DNA of 64,000 bases, from contig NIVC01000731.1 in assembly GCA_002269645.1 (NCBI GenBank), positions 186,001-250,000 of the forward strand, written 5' to 3'. A program made the translations under genes and the position numbers. Of the stretch, positions 25,865 to 39,879 are shown in pieces. The notes below the pieces were generated by a model. It was not told where the DNA came from, made no database searches, and saw nothing but the letters and a program-made list of their open reading frames with translations. Source of the DNA: Macrostomum lignano. Its lineage: Eukaryota. The first letter of the stretch is position 1. Each line of letters opens with the position of its first letter.

Positions 25865-28800
25865 TTGAGCTGTTGCCCTTGCCAACTGTTCCAGCCTCAG
25901 CAGCAGCCCTGACAACTCGACCTTCATCACCAACATACAAGCATTCATACAAGCTGTCTCAATTCATGGGCCGGAAGCAGAGGCTGCCCCGCAGGCAAGA
26001 AGACGATGTTGCCATTGCTGGCAGCGTCTTCACTGATTCGCCAGACAATGCAGTTGAGGTCGCGACTTCCCTGAGGCGGCCGCTGAGCGTCACCCAGGCA
26101 GCTGCCGAGCTGGATGGCGGCGCCACCGTGCCGATTGTGTTCTCGCCCTCGCCAACTCCGCCGCTGTCGCCCTCGCTGGTGTCAGCGGCTTCATCTTTGC
26201 TGTCCTCGCCGCCGATCCCGCTGCTAACAGCGTCGACAAGTTCCGCTGCTTCGCCGCCGCCACCACCGCCGCGAAAGCAGCTGCGCCTTGTTGCGCGGGC
26301 GTCGACTGAGCAGCCGCAGCAGCAGCGACTGCCGCGCAGGCAGAATCGAAAGCGAAGCCTTGCAGCTGAGGTGAAGCCCTTATTGTTGTGTGCACCTGTG
26401 TGCGTACAGTTCACAGAGAATCCAGACCATTAGGGTTGCCTCCATTGTCAAGTTTTTTGTCTGGTCATTTTGTTCGACTTTGGCATTGTGCTAAATATAG
26501 ATATGCAAAATGGAATATACGTTTTTTAGATCAACTGTTTAAGATAGGGGGTGAAGTAAACAGGGTATCATGTTATAGGACTGGAGGGTAGCACTGAAGG
26601 ACTGGAGGGTAGGCATTAAAGGACTGGAGGGTAACACTAAAGGACCGGAGGGTAGCACTAAATGACCGGAGGGTAGCACTAAAGGACCGGAGGGTAGCAC
26701 TAAAGGACCGGAGAGTAGGCATTAAAAGACCGGAGGGTAGCACTAAAGGACCGGAGAGTAGGCATTAAAAGACCGGAGGGTAACACTAAATGACCGGAGA
26801 GTAAGCATCAAGGACCAGAGGGTAACACTAAAGGATCGGAGGGTAGGCATTAAAGGACTGGAGGGTAACACTAAAGGACCGGAGGGTAACACTAAAGGAC
26901 CGGAGGGTAACACTAAAGGACCGGAGAGTAGGCATTAAAAGACCGGAGTGTAACACTAAAGGACCGGAGAGTAAGCATCAAGGACCAGAGGGTAACACTA
27001 AAGGACCGGAGAGTAAGCATCAAGGACCAGAGGGTAGCACTAAAGGACCGGAGAGTAGGCATTAAAAGACCGGAGGGTAACACTAAATGACCGGAGAGTA
27101 AGCATCAAGGACCAGAGGGTAACACTAAAGGAACGGAGGGTAGGCATTAAAGGACTGGAGGGTAGCACTAGAGGACCGGAGGGTAACACTAAAGGACCGG
27201 AGGGTAGCACTAGAGGACCGGAGGGTAACACTAAAGGACCGGAGGGTAGCACTAAAAGACCGGAGGGTAACACTAAAGGACCGGAGGGTAGCACTAAAAG
27301 ACCGGAGGGTAACACTAAAAGACCGGAGGGTAGCACTAGAGGACCGAAGGGTAGCACTAGAGGACCGAAGGGTAACACTAAAGGACCGGAGGGTAGCATT
27401 AAAAGACCGGAGGGTAGCACTAAAGGACCGGAGGGTAACACTAAAAGACCGGAGGGTAACACTAAAAGACCGGAGGGTAGCACTAGAGGACCGGAGGGTA
27501 ACACTAAAGGATCGGAGGGTAGGCATTAAAGGACTGGAGGGTAACACTAAAGGACCGGAGGGTAACACTAAAGGACCGGAGGGTAACACTAAAGGACCGG
27601 AGAGTAGGCATTAAAAGACCGGAGGGTAACACTAAAGGACCGGAGAGTAAGCATCAAGGACCAGAGGGTAACACTAAAGGACCGGAGAGTAAGCATCAAG
27701 GACCAGAGGGTAGCACTAAAGGACCGGAGGGTAGCACTAAAGGACCGGAGAGTAGGCATTAAAAGACCGGAGGGTAACACTAAATGACCGGAGAGTAAGC
27801 ATCAAGGACCAGAGGGTAACACTAAAGGAACGGAGGGTAGGCATTAAAGGACTGGAGGGTAGCACTAGAGGACCGGAGGGTAACACTAAAGGACCGGAGG
27901 GTAGCACTAAAAGACCGGAGGGTAACACTAAAGGACCGGAGGGTAGCACTAAAAGACCGGAGGGTAACACTAAAAGACCGGAGGGTAGCACTAGAGGACC
28001 GAAGGGTAGCACTAGAGGACCGAAGGGTAGCACTAGAGGACCGAAGGGTAACACTAAAGGACCGGAGGGTAGCACTAAAAGACCGGAGGGTAGCACTAAA
28101 GGACCGGAGGGTAACACTAAAAGACCGGAGGGTAACACTAAAAGACCGGAGGGTAACACTAAAAGACCGGAGGGTAGCACTAGAGGACCGGAGGGTAACA
28201 CTAAAGGACTGGAGGGTAACACTAAAAGACCGGACGGTAGCACTAAAGGACCGGAGGGTAACACCAAAGGACCGGAGGGTAAGCATTAAAGAGCACAATC
28301 AACCGCACAGTCACACTTTTGCGGTGACTCTAGCATATTGTTTTTCATTAAAAATTTAGGAAAGATAAGCGCTGATCTGAAGAGCCCCAGGCCCAGTTAA
28401 AGTACTCAGCAGGGGGTGCTGATGTCATCAGAAGCTATTTTGTGTCACCGCCACTCAGCTAAAGTGAATTGGCATGAATTCTATATAATTTCACATTCAT
28501 TTATCTCGCCTGCCTACCCAGAGAGTACAAAAATGCGTCTTAGACATGTGGTTCTTGCTTTCTCCTTTCTCCTGTTTCCATTCTCTGGTTCATTCTCTAA
28601 ACCTCACCCACTCTTGCTACAACTGGCTGTGGAACCGGCCGGTCAGATGACCGAGCCGCTATTTGAGTGGCGGGTGCAGCCAGTTTTGCATTGCTGCGTA
28701 CATTCACTCCGCCTGTCTGCCCTGGCCGCTCGCTCTATTAATGGCTAAAGCAAACAAATAGCTGGGAGGGTCAGGTGACATTGAGGTATCTGATCTGGCT

Positions 28801-30183
28801 CGGAGCGGCAGTTCCAGATCGAGTTCACCGTTTAAGATTTCTTTAATTTTACTTTTTAGATTTTTTTGTTAAATTTTACTGCTCATATCCCTGACGCTGT
28901 AAGTAGTATGCAAGGCTTTAATCTTTTTGTTTACCGTCGTCTTCCAGCCTCTCTCCGCCGCCCGGTTTGCTTCAACGGCCAGCATCTACATTCTGCCGGC
29001 GCAGCGCCGCCTTCAGTCGCTGCAACCGCCGGCGCCGCCCTCGCCGCCGATGTCGCTGTTTGGCAGCGGCGAGTCCACCAACAGCTGCAGCAACCTGAGC
29101 CTGCCGGCCTCGGCGGCCACTTCTGACGACTGCGGCTGGCTCGCTTGTAACCGCGAGGATTCGCCTGGGGTGAGCGGATTGCGGCTTTTGATGTTAGAGA
29201 ACACCTGGGCAGGAATATTATCTAGAACTCTCCTGTTAGAGGGCATATAGGCTGGGCACTGATTTCCAATCCAGATATGCTTCGCATTTAGGAGTCCATG
29301 ATCGAATCGCTGGTCCTAAGTCAGTTGTCCTTGTATCTATGTGTTTGACTGCACAATCGGTTATTTGTACTGTCAGTAGCTGACAGGAATTTTATTGTTT
29401 TTTCTCACCTCTGGCAGGCGGCGTCAGTCAGCCTGGCCGAGTCCGACGCGCTCATCAGCTGCCGGTGGCTCAAAGCTGGCGCCCCCCAGCCTGTCTGCGG
29501 CAGCGGCGGTGGCAGTCTTACTAGTCACGTGACAACTCGTCCGTCGGTGAGTTTTGGCGGTTTATTTCAATGTCAAATTCATTAAGATAAGTAGGCCAAT
29601 ATATTTTGCACTCAATAGATGCTAGAACTGCCATGGTTAAAACTGATTGCATTTAATGTACTTTATATTCAGTATAAGTTTCTGCTTTTTAAATGATTTG
29701 GTATATAATGCACCAACTTGACTCTTCTCATTATGATTGAGCCGCCAAAGTCCCAGATCTTCCGGATGGGCCACCGTCGGATCCTCAGTTTCTGGGTCTC
29801 TGCCTTCCCAGATCCTCACTTTCTGGGCCTCTGCCCTCCCAGATCCTCAGTTGCTGGGCCTCTGCCCTCCCACATCCTCAGTTTCTGGGCCTCCGCCCTC
29901 CCAGATCCTCAGTTTCTGGGTCTCCCAGATCCTCAGTTTCTGGGCCTCTGCCCTCCCAGATCCTCAGTTGCTGGGCCTCTGCCCTCCCAGATCCTCAGTT
30001 TCGGGGCCTCCGCCCTCCCACATCCTCAGTTTCTGGGCCTCCGCCCTCGTAGATCCTCAGTTTCTGGGCCTCCGCCCTCGTAGATCCTCAGCTTCTGGGC
30101 CTCTGCCCTCCCAGATCCTCAGTTTCTGGGCCTCTGTCCTCCCAGATCCTCAGGCTGGGCCGCTGCTACCATCCCAAATGTAG
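25865..30183 (+). CDS. Uncharacterised low-complexity S/P/A-rich multi-exon protein; 5' end not found
   Basis: Exons 25865-26370 (acceptor ttttatag, donor GAG|gtgaag), 28948-29169 (ttccag / GGG|gtgagc) and 29418-29546 (ggcag / TCG|gtgagt) join in phase 0 without stops. Terminal exon 30154-30183 (AGPLLPSQM*) is tentative. Confidence 0.58.
26585..28290. repeat. About 21 bp minisatellite (cactaaaggaccggagggtag) with higher-order duplication, intronic
   Basis: About 80 units; a variant pattern at 27040 recurs at 27737. Confidence 0.97.
29745..30153. repeat. 31 bp minisatellite (cccagatcctcagtttctgggcctctgccct)
   Basis: About 13 copies. Confidence 0.95.
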
Positions 30184-31542
30184 AAGATACCCATTGTAGG
30201 AGGCTGTGGAAAGTAGTCTAGTCATTTTAATTGTGTTAATGCAAGCATTCAAAAAAGTCTCACACAGTGTCTACAAGTGCTGTGTCCCAAATTTGGAGTT
30301 CGAATTCCTCGCGAACAGGCAGACATGACAGACAGTTAATAATGCTTCGCACACAAAGACCACGTGGCACAAAGACTTGTGTATGGGAGGGGGGTTCCGG
30401 ACGCCCGGAGACGGAGGCCCTGCAGTTTTTTCTATTCAAACGACTTTCCTAATTTCCTGTCGAGTGTGTTTAATTGCCTTGGGTGTGGTGTGGAATCAAG
30501 GCCCAAGACTGGAAGACTCGGAGTTCTAGCTGTCTGAGACAAAGACTCGAAAGTCTTTATCTAGCACCCATCCATGGCCTGCGTATAGAAATGCTTAGGG
30601 CTCTCACAGACAAAGAGACTGGCGGTGTCCCGCTGCTGTCAGCGTCTCCTGCTCCGTCTTCATCAAGCCAGAGTTTAAAACGACTCCGAAGAAATTGTTG
30701 AGCTGGAATTGCTGGGTGCGTCTGTGTTGATATTCCTGAGCATAGTGAGCATAGGCCAGATGAGGAGCCTGGCATGCCCTTGTCCGTCTGCCTTCCCCAT
30801 AGCGCGCGCGTGTGACCTACCGCTCCCCCCCGGCTTGAGTGACTGCAATATAATATATTTATACCGCGAGTCAGCCAGAGCCAAGTCCGGTCTTTGTGCT
30901 GCCGGAGCGGCGAGGCTGTGGGAAGACTTCGCTCCCAGTCCCAGCTGGCCAACTCTCCCAAGCAATTCTTCTCGATTACTCGAAGCCATCTGGCAGAAAC
31001 AAGAAGATCGCTGCTTCTTTCAAACCTCCCCCAGCTTTTTTCTTCCCTCTCGCTTTGAATAAATAAAAATCCCAGGCTTCTCCCGCTCGGCCTGGAGATT
31101 GGAGTGAACGCCCCCATTGTTGTGCTGACGCGTGGCTGGGGGGGGGGCTGGGTTCCCGCATCCCCGGATCCAGCTGGTGCGTGCGCTAGCGAAAAAAGCA
31201 CATGCCCCCCATTATCCCTGCAGCTTTTTTGGATTATGGCTCTTCTTATCTTAATCCGCAAGCCGGACTCCCCATTCTCCCATCCATTGTTATCCCCTGT
31301 TTGCTTTGCGGCTTGTCGGATCGCCCGGGCTGGGCAGGGTGGCTGCGCCGCCCTCTGCCCCGAGTTGTTGGCTCGGTGAAACTTTAATTGGTTGGAAAGT
31401 GGAGCTGGGGTGGCTGCGGCCTGCGCTCCCCTCTCCCATTGCGGCCTCATCTGCATATATAAATATATATATAAATAGCTGCACGCTCGCTGGGTGAGAT
31501 CGGAGACGGAATTTGGAAGCAATTCAAAGCAGCTGAAGAAGC

Positions 31543-33246
31543 ATGGAGTCGCCATTGATGAAGCAGAAGTCAGCCGCGCAGCCTCCGCAGTTTCTTGCCG
31601 GGCTGCTTCGCCTGCCGAGCCGGCCGAAGCTGAACCAGCAGCACCAGCTGCAGCGTTCGTTCTGTTGCCATGGCAACAGCGTCTCTAGCGACGGCAAGTT
31701 TTTTGGCCGACCATTGGAACTGCAGCCAACAACGGAGGTGCCGGGACTTGGCGCGGTGCCAGCCATCCTGGCCGCCTGCTGTGACCATCTGGCCAGTCAC
31801 GTGACAGACGAGGGCCTGTTCCGCGTTGAGGCGCCGCGGTCGCGCCTCGTCGAGCTGCGTCGTCAACTCGATGCCGGCGCCGGGGTCGGCGAAGCGACGC
31901 CGCCGAGGGACGTCGCCTGCGCTCTGAAGGCGTGGCTCCGCGAGCTGCCCGAGCCGCTGCTGCCGCCAGCGATCGCCCAGGAGCTCGCCGAGGCTGCCGC
32001 TGTCGGTGTTGCCGACGACGATGGGGCTCGAGCTCGCGACCTGCTGCGCCGGCGATGCCGACCTCCGGCCGTGTCGCCAAGCCAACTGCGGGCGCTGCGG
32101 CATCTGTGCGAATTTCTGGCCAAGGTGAGGCAGCTGCGAATTCCATTTCTGATTTTTCAGTTCTCTAACAATTCCTTTGTTTGACTCTAATTAATTCCTT
32201 TCCCAACCCCACCCCATCAATCACCTGGCCAGGTGGCTCGGCACTCCGCCTCCAACCGCATGGACGCTGACAATCTGGCCACCTGCCTCGGGCCCTGCCT
32301 TCTGCGACACGTGGGCGCAGCGGCCGCCGCCTCCGCAGCCTCGCCGTTGCTGCCGCCGGCTTCGCCTCGAGACGCCGTTGCTCGGCTGAACGCCGCCGCC
32401 GCCTTGCTGGTCCGGCATCACCAAGAGCTCGGCGCCATCGACTCGACGACAGCGGTGGAGCCTCCGCCTCCGGCTGTTGAGGCTGGGAAGCGCGGACGGA
32501 GCGGCAGCTGCAGCGGCAGCGGCGGCTCCTTTGCCGCCCTCCGAGCCGCTGTCGGCCGCTTCGCCAGCAGGTCGCGCTCGCGCAGCCCCGGCAGCCGGCG
32601 CGGCCAGGCATCTCCGTTCTCGGCGTTGTCGGCATCGTCGGCAGCGGCGGCTCGGGCCCCGTTGGCCACCTCATTGCGCAACCTGGTGGCCGCCGCCGCC
32701 GCTGGCAGGCGTGCCGCGCCGCTCATCGGCGGCCGCCGTCCGTCAGCGCAGAGTCCCGCCGCGACGGTCGCTGCAGACGCCGTCCCGGCCGAGCCCGACG
32801 CCGCCGAGGGCCGGCGGTTCCGGCAGTTTCTGCTGAGCCGGCTGGGCGGCCAGGAACCGCCAAAGTCGCCCAGCTCGTCCAGCTCCGCCTCGCCGCCTCC
32901 GCTGACTTCGCCGTCCTCCCCGCCGTCCAGTGTTGAAGTGTCGACGCCGCCGTCTCGGTGCCGTCCCGGTGATTCTCGCCGACGGCGCCTCCTGCGATGT
33001 CGCCGAGTTGGCGGTGGTCGCCGCGGATTCGACGAGTCGCCGTCCAGCGGCGGCGGCGGCGGCTTCTCGCCCCGCGACAGCCTGCGCGCCCTCCGGCTTC
33101 GGGGAGTTCGTCGGCAGAACGGCGGCGGCAGCGGTAGCGGCGGAGTCGGCCGGCGCTGGCCGCGGCTTCTGATCTCGCCGTCGTCCATGAAGGCCCGTCT
33201 GCTTCGGTCCGAAGGCCTGCTGAGCTCCGCTCGGTTGAAGTCTTGA
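31543..33246 (+). CDS. ARHGAP11: Rho GTPase-activating protein, ARHGAP11-like, 2 exons, about 531 aa
   Basis: Exons 31543-32124 (AAG|gtgagg) and 32233-33246 (ccag|GTG). KFFGRPLELQPTTEVPGLGAVPAILAACCDHLASHVTDEGLFR (arginine finger), DVACALKAWLRELPEP and NRMDADNLATCLGPCLL closely follow recalled ARHGAP11A [36 protein letters not shown]. Low-complexity C-terminal tail. Confidence 0.9.
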
Positions 33247-33561
33247 AGTCAGGAGGATTTGCTTGATAGATAATTGACCGCTTGCTCTTTCACTTTGCAG
33301 TATAAATTCTATTGTATATAATCTTATACTCTTAGTTTACTATTGCTGCCAGTGTCTGCCAATCTTTGCACCAAACCAATATATTTCGAAATGTGCTGTG
33401 CTTTGCATTTTAACTAAATTAGAAAAAGCAGCGGCGTCTTGGGATTTTCAATCAATTTTATGCTTTGGAAATATTTTTTGTTTACTTGCGATGCTTAAAT
33501 TGGTGGTTTTGTGTGGACATTAGTATACAAGTTTATTGTCTTATTCCGAAGGTCCTGTACC

Positions 33562-34005
33562 TCTGCTTGGTAGGTGCCGCTGCTTCTCCCCACTGAGCTT
33601 CAGTGGGTGCTGCTTCTCCCCACTGAGCTTCAGTGGGTGCTGCTTCTCCCTACTGAGCTTCAGTGGGTGCTGCTTCTCCCTACTGAGCTTCAGTGGGTGC
33701 CGCTGTTCCCCCTCCTGAGCTTCAGTGGGTGCTGCTGTTCCCCCTCCTGAGCAGCATCACCCACTGAGCTTCAGTGGGTGCCACTGCTCCTGAGTTTCAG
33801 TGGGTGCTGCTGTTCCCACTCCTGAGCTTCAGTGGGTGCTGCTGTTCCCCCTCCTGAGCTTCAGTGGGTGCTGCTGTACCCCCTCCTGAGTTTCAGTGGG
33901 TGCTGCTGTTCCCCCTCCTGAGCTTCAGTGGGTGCTGCTGTTCCCCCTCCTGAGCTTCAGTGGGTGCCGCTGTTCCCCCTCCTGAGTTTCAGTGGGTGCT
34001 GCTGC
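33562..34005. repeat. 30-32 bp minisatellite (ctgagcttcagtgggtgctgctgttccccctc)
   Basis: About 14 copies. Confidence 0.95.
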
Positions 34006-35014
34006 TTCAAAGGTTTTTTCATCCGTGCACTGAAACGGATATAGAACTTGATATAGCGAATTAATCATTGACTGGGTGCCTTTATTTGCCTTCAGATTTT
34101 TCAACTGTTTTTCTGTTAGCATAAGAAAACTTGAAGTCGCTCGCTAGTTCGGCCTAAACTGTTTACCTTCGTAATCAAGGGAAACTGATGAAGGGAGCAG
34201 CTTCCAGCATCCAGCTTCTCCCAGACTGGCCCGCCACTTGCCGAATAGAGCCGTCTGATAGATTTGTCTCCCCGGGGAGTCCGTAATCCCGACACCTATT
34301 CACTGTCCCCAGGCAATTCCCTATTCAGCCCATTGACTTTTTATTTCACACCTGTGCTGGGGTGGGCGCTGCGGGACTGTTGGCTTCCAATTCACTGATC
34401 CTCTGAGCAAACGAATTAAACTAAATGGATAATTTATCCCCGACCCTGTTTGATTGCGCAACGGGTCCTGCGGGTCTCTGGGCGGTTTTGAGGAATTAAA
34501 TCTCTTTTTCTTCCTAACCCCATCTTCTGTAAGCAGACTGATTGCTCCCTCCCAGAGTTCCGTTCCTGCCAGGTGGGTCAGGGGGCCGGGAGCTGACATC
34601 TGCTTGCTCGGGAGGGGGTTGCGTCACCGCTCGACTTCTGGCGGGAATAAATCTAGGGCTCGGGGGGGCTGCTTCTTTTTTGCAGGTGAAAATGGGATTT
34701 CTGCCTGAATTGGGCTGGGGATCTCAGATCGGAGAAGGTTAAAGCTGCGCTGCCGACTTTTCTCCCCTAATATTATTGTTGCTAAGGCGAGCTGCGGCCT
34801 CGCAACTGTTGCGGGTGGTCCCGGCTGGCCGGGCTGGGGCTGGGACTGCCTGGCAATCGGACACCGGCCGTCTCATCTTTCCTCCGGCTGCGCGCATCTG
34901 CGCCTGCCTGCTTTTTTAGGGTTGTGCTGCCGCGCTAGGCTCGGGTTTCCTCCCGGCCCCAACCAGTGGAGCGAAAGTTGGTGCCGGCTGCGGCTGACTT
35001 TGCCTGGCCTTGCC

Positions 35015-35379
35015 GTGTCTGTCTGTCTGTTTGTCTGTCTGCCTGTCTGTCTGTCTGTCTGTCTGTCTGCCTGCCTGCCTGTCTGTCTGTGTGTCTGTCT
35101 GTCTGTCTGCCTGTCTGTCTGTCTTTCTGTCTGTCTGTCTGCATGCCTGTCTGTCTGTGTGTCTGTCTGCCTGCCTGTCTGTCTGTCTGTGTGTCTGTCT
35201 TTCTGTCTGTCTGTCTGCCTGTCTGTCTGCCTGCCTGTCTGTCTGTCTGTCTGTCTGTCTGCCTGCCTGTCTGTCTGTCTGTCTGTCTGTCTGCCTGCCT
35301 GTCTGCCTGTCTGTCTGCCTGTCTGTCTGTCTGTCTGTCTGCCTGCCTGTCTGTCTGTGTGTCTGTCTGTCTGTCTGCC

Positions 35380-35436
<57 letters not shown>

Positions 35437-35451
35437 GCCTGCCTGTCTGTC

Positions 35452-35514
<63 letters not shown>

Positions 35515-35697
35515 GCCTGCCTGTCTGTCTGTGTGTCTGTCTGTCTGTCTGCCTGTCTGTCTGTCTTTCTGTCTGTCTGTCTGTCTGCCTGCCTGTCTGT
35601 CTGTCTGTCTTTCTGTCTGTCTGTCTGCCTGCCTGTCTGTCTGTCTGTCTGTCTGCCTGTCTGTCTGTCTGTCTGTCTGTCTGTCTGCCTGCCTGCC

Positions 35698-35729
<32 letters not shown>

Positions 35730-35939
35730 CATGTCTGTCTCTCTCTGTCTGTCTGTATGTCTGTCTGTGCATGTCTGTCTGTCCATGTCTGTCTCTCTCT
35801 GTCTGTCTGTTTGTCTGTCTGTCCGTCTGTCTGTCCGTCCGCCTGTCTGTCTGTCTGTCTGTCTGTCTGCCTGCCTGTCTGTCTGTCTGTCTGTCTGCCT
35901 GTCTGTCTGTCTGTCTGCCTGCCTGCCTGCCTGCCTGCC

Positions 35940-35991
<52 letters not shown>

Positions 35992-36055
35992 CATGTCTGT
36001 CTCTCTCTGTCAGTATGTCTGTCTGTGCATGTCTGTCTGTCCATGTCTGTCTGTC
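35015..36055. repeat. (CTGT)n/(CTGC)n compound microsatellite
   Basis: Direct reading; source of several spurious 350-400 aa ORFs. Confidence 0.97.
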
Positions 36056-37287
36056 ATTTTGCCTATCTATCTAATTGCGGTTTATCAATTGCTGCCGTGT
36101 CCCAGCAATTAAATGCAGTTAAAGTATACTGTTGTTTTTCACTTTATTACTAAGCTATTCACACGGCAGTAAACACCCGCAGCCCAGCTCACCTGAGACA
36201 CTTTTCAATTCTAACCCAGCTCTCCATTTCACCAATTCCACAATCCGATGCGAACATGTTGTGTTGGCCGCATTGTTTATGCATGCATTGTAAATCAAGT
36301 GGCTGGCTGGGTGGCGCAGGGCTGCCTTACCAATTAATTAATTGGCCAAGTTTGTGTTTTCCCTGGCGTGGGTAACAAATGAAACCCGATCCACTGCTAT
36401 CTTCCTGGCTTCCCGAAGGTCGCAAGTGTGCGGGCCACTTCGTAAAGCAGACACTTTCAATTGTTCACGTTGAAAGATGTGTTCACTTCATAACCAGTTA
36501 GCAATTTTTGCAAACACCAACAAGCTTCAATAAATCTTTCGATTGCAGGAGCCTCAGCTGCCGGCTGTGGGGCCGCTGCTGGAGCTGGAGGAGCTGTTCC
36601 CGCTGGAGCAGATCTGGTCTCAGCAGGGCGACTGGCTGCTCCCCTAGTGACCCCAGCTCGGTTGGGTCCGTGTTCGCTGTTTTCAATTCTGTTTTTGTTT
36701 GGAGTTCAGATACGTTTAGGCTTTGCCAACCGGACTGGTTGAATTTATCCAGGTAGGAAAATTCCGTTTTAATTCCTCTTGTTTGCTGGCATTTCGGCTG
36801 TCATTGCGGCTCTCCCTGTCTTCTAGAAGCGGCAGATGTTCTCAGCTGATGCATTTCTGTTAATCGCCAACTTTTTGAGAAAAAAAATTCAAACTCGTTT
36901 TTGTTAATCTGGTCTGTAAAAATGTTTAGCAAAAGTTATATTATATGTATTGTTATTAAACAGTGCATTTCTGCCAGCAATGCTTCACAATGGCGTACAT
37001 TTCACACTGGCACGCAGCCTTCCAGTTTAAACGCAATTATCGAAATTCTCTATTTCTCTCATCATTTTTGAGTTTTCAGTTTCTCATCCCGCTGCCTTGT
37101 AGCCAGTCGGACATCAGGCCCTGCTCGGTTCCTATTTGATTAGATAGGTTTATTAAGACAAATAAACAGTTTATGTAAGCCTGCCCGAACTCTTTCCCGG
37201 CTTTGGGTTCGGCTGCTTTTTTACTTTTTTTGAATGTTGGTCTTGCTGAGATCTTTTAGCTTTGCCTGCTAGTGTGGGTTTAGAGAT

Positions 37288-37545
37288 GATTGCTAATCTA
37301 GCCAATCATGGATGCGGGATTAGAGTGGATTGCTAGTCTAGCCAATCATGGATGCGGGATTAGAGTGGATTGCTAGTCTAGCCAATCATGGATGCGGGAT
37401 TAGAGTGGATTGCTAGTCTAGCCAATCATGGATGCGGGATTAGAGTGGATTGCTAGTCTAGCCAATCATGGATGCGGGATTAGAGTGGATTGCTAGTCTA
37501 GCCAATCATGGATGCGGGATTAGAGTGGATTGCTAGTCTAGCCAA
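37288..37545. repeat. 40 bp near-perfect minisatellite, each unit carrying AGCCAATCA
   Basis: gccaatcatg at 37301, 37341, 37381, 37421, 37461, 37501. Confidence 0.97.
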
Positions 37546-37614
37546 AGTGAATAAACGATATTGAATTACTAATCTATTCTTTTTCTCAAATCTACTTTTC
37601 AGCTGCGGTCGCCC

Positions 37615-39279
<1,665 letters not shown>

Positions 39280-39287
39280 GAGAGATG

Positions 39288-39450
39288 TGAGAGTCCTGAT
39301 CCCCACTGTGAGAGGCCTGATCCCCACTGTGAGAGTTCTGATCCCCACTGTGAGAGTCCTGATCCCCAATGTGAGAGTCCTGATCCCCACTGTGAGAGTC
39401 CTGATCCCCACTGTGAGAGTCCTGATCCCCACTGTGAGAGTCCTGATCCC
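39288..39450. repeat. 21 bp repeat (gtgagagtcctgatccccact) just after the copy 1 stop
   Basis: About 7 copies. Confidence 0.95.
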
Positions 39451-39879
39451 CTTATCTCCTTATCTCTGATCACAGGTCATCTTAGGGTTCGAGTCCTGAC
39501 TTTACAGTTGGACCAACGCTAATCTTCAGTATTTGATTTACTTCTATACTACTATGAGTACGTTCCGCTTATTCTGGTAATCTTTTATGCAAACTTTAAC
39601 ACAGATCTATCGCTTAGCAGCTCAAACTAAATCGCTGTTTTAATATATCCTTTTATGCTTAAATTTTAACACTTACACATTGCTCTAACAGTAGTGCGCT
39701 GTGCCTAATCTACTGTAGCTCTCTTAACGTATCAAGCACTCTACTAACTGATCGCTTGCTGTGCCTTAATATGTTCAACTTTATTTTCTGACTTTAACCT
39801 GTTTCTTAACAGAAGTTTTAGTTTTTTGTGGCACTAACCTACCTCACATTACATGCAATGTCCTTGATTCTTGACCCTT

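Noticed and set aside
26431-26440. hAT-like end TAGGGTTGCC (also ggcacccta at about 17080 and 61955)
   Set aside because: No partner TIR or TSD found
30557-31555. 332-aa minus-strand ORF upstream of the RhoGAP
   Set aside because: No motif or codon bias; overlaps the RhoGAP 5' region
34873-36153. 350-400 aa ORFs on both strands, and similar ORFs at 4-7, 13, 27-28, 43, 48-49, 51 and 53-54 kb
   Set aside because: Translations of stop-free tandem repeats
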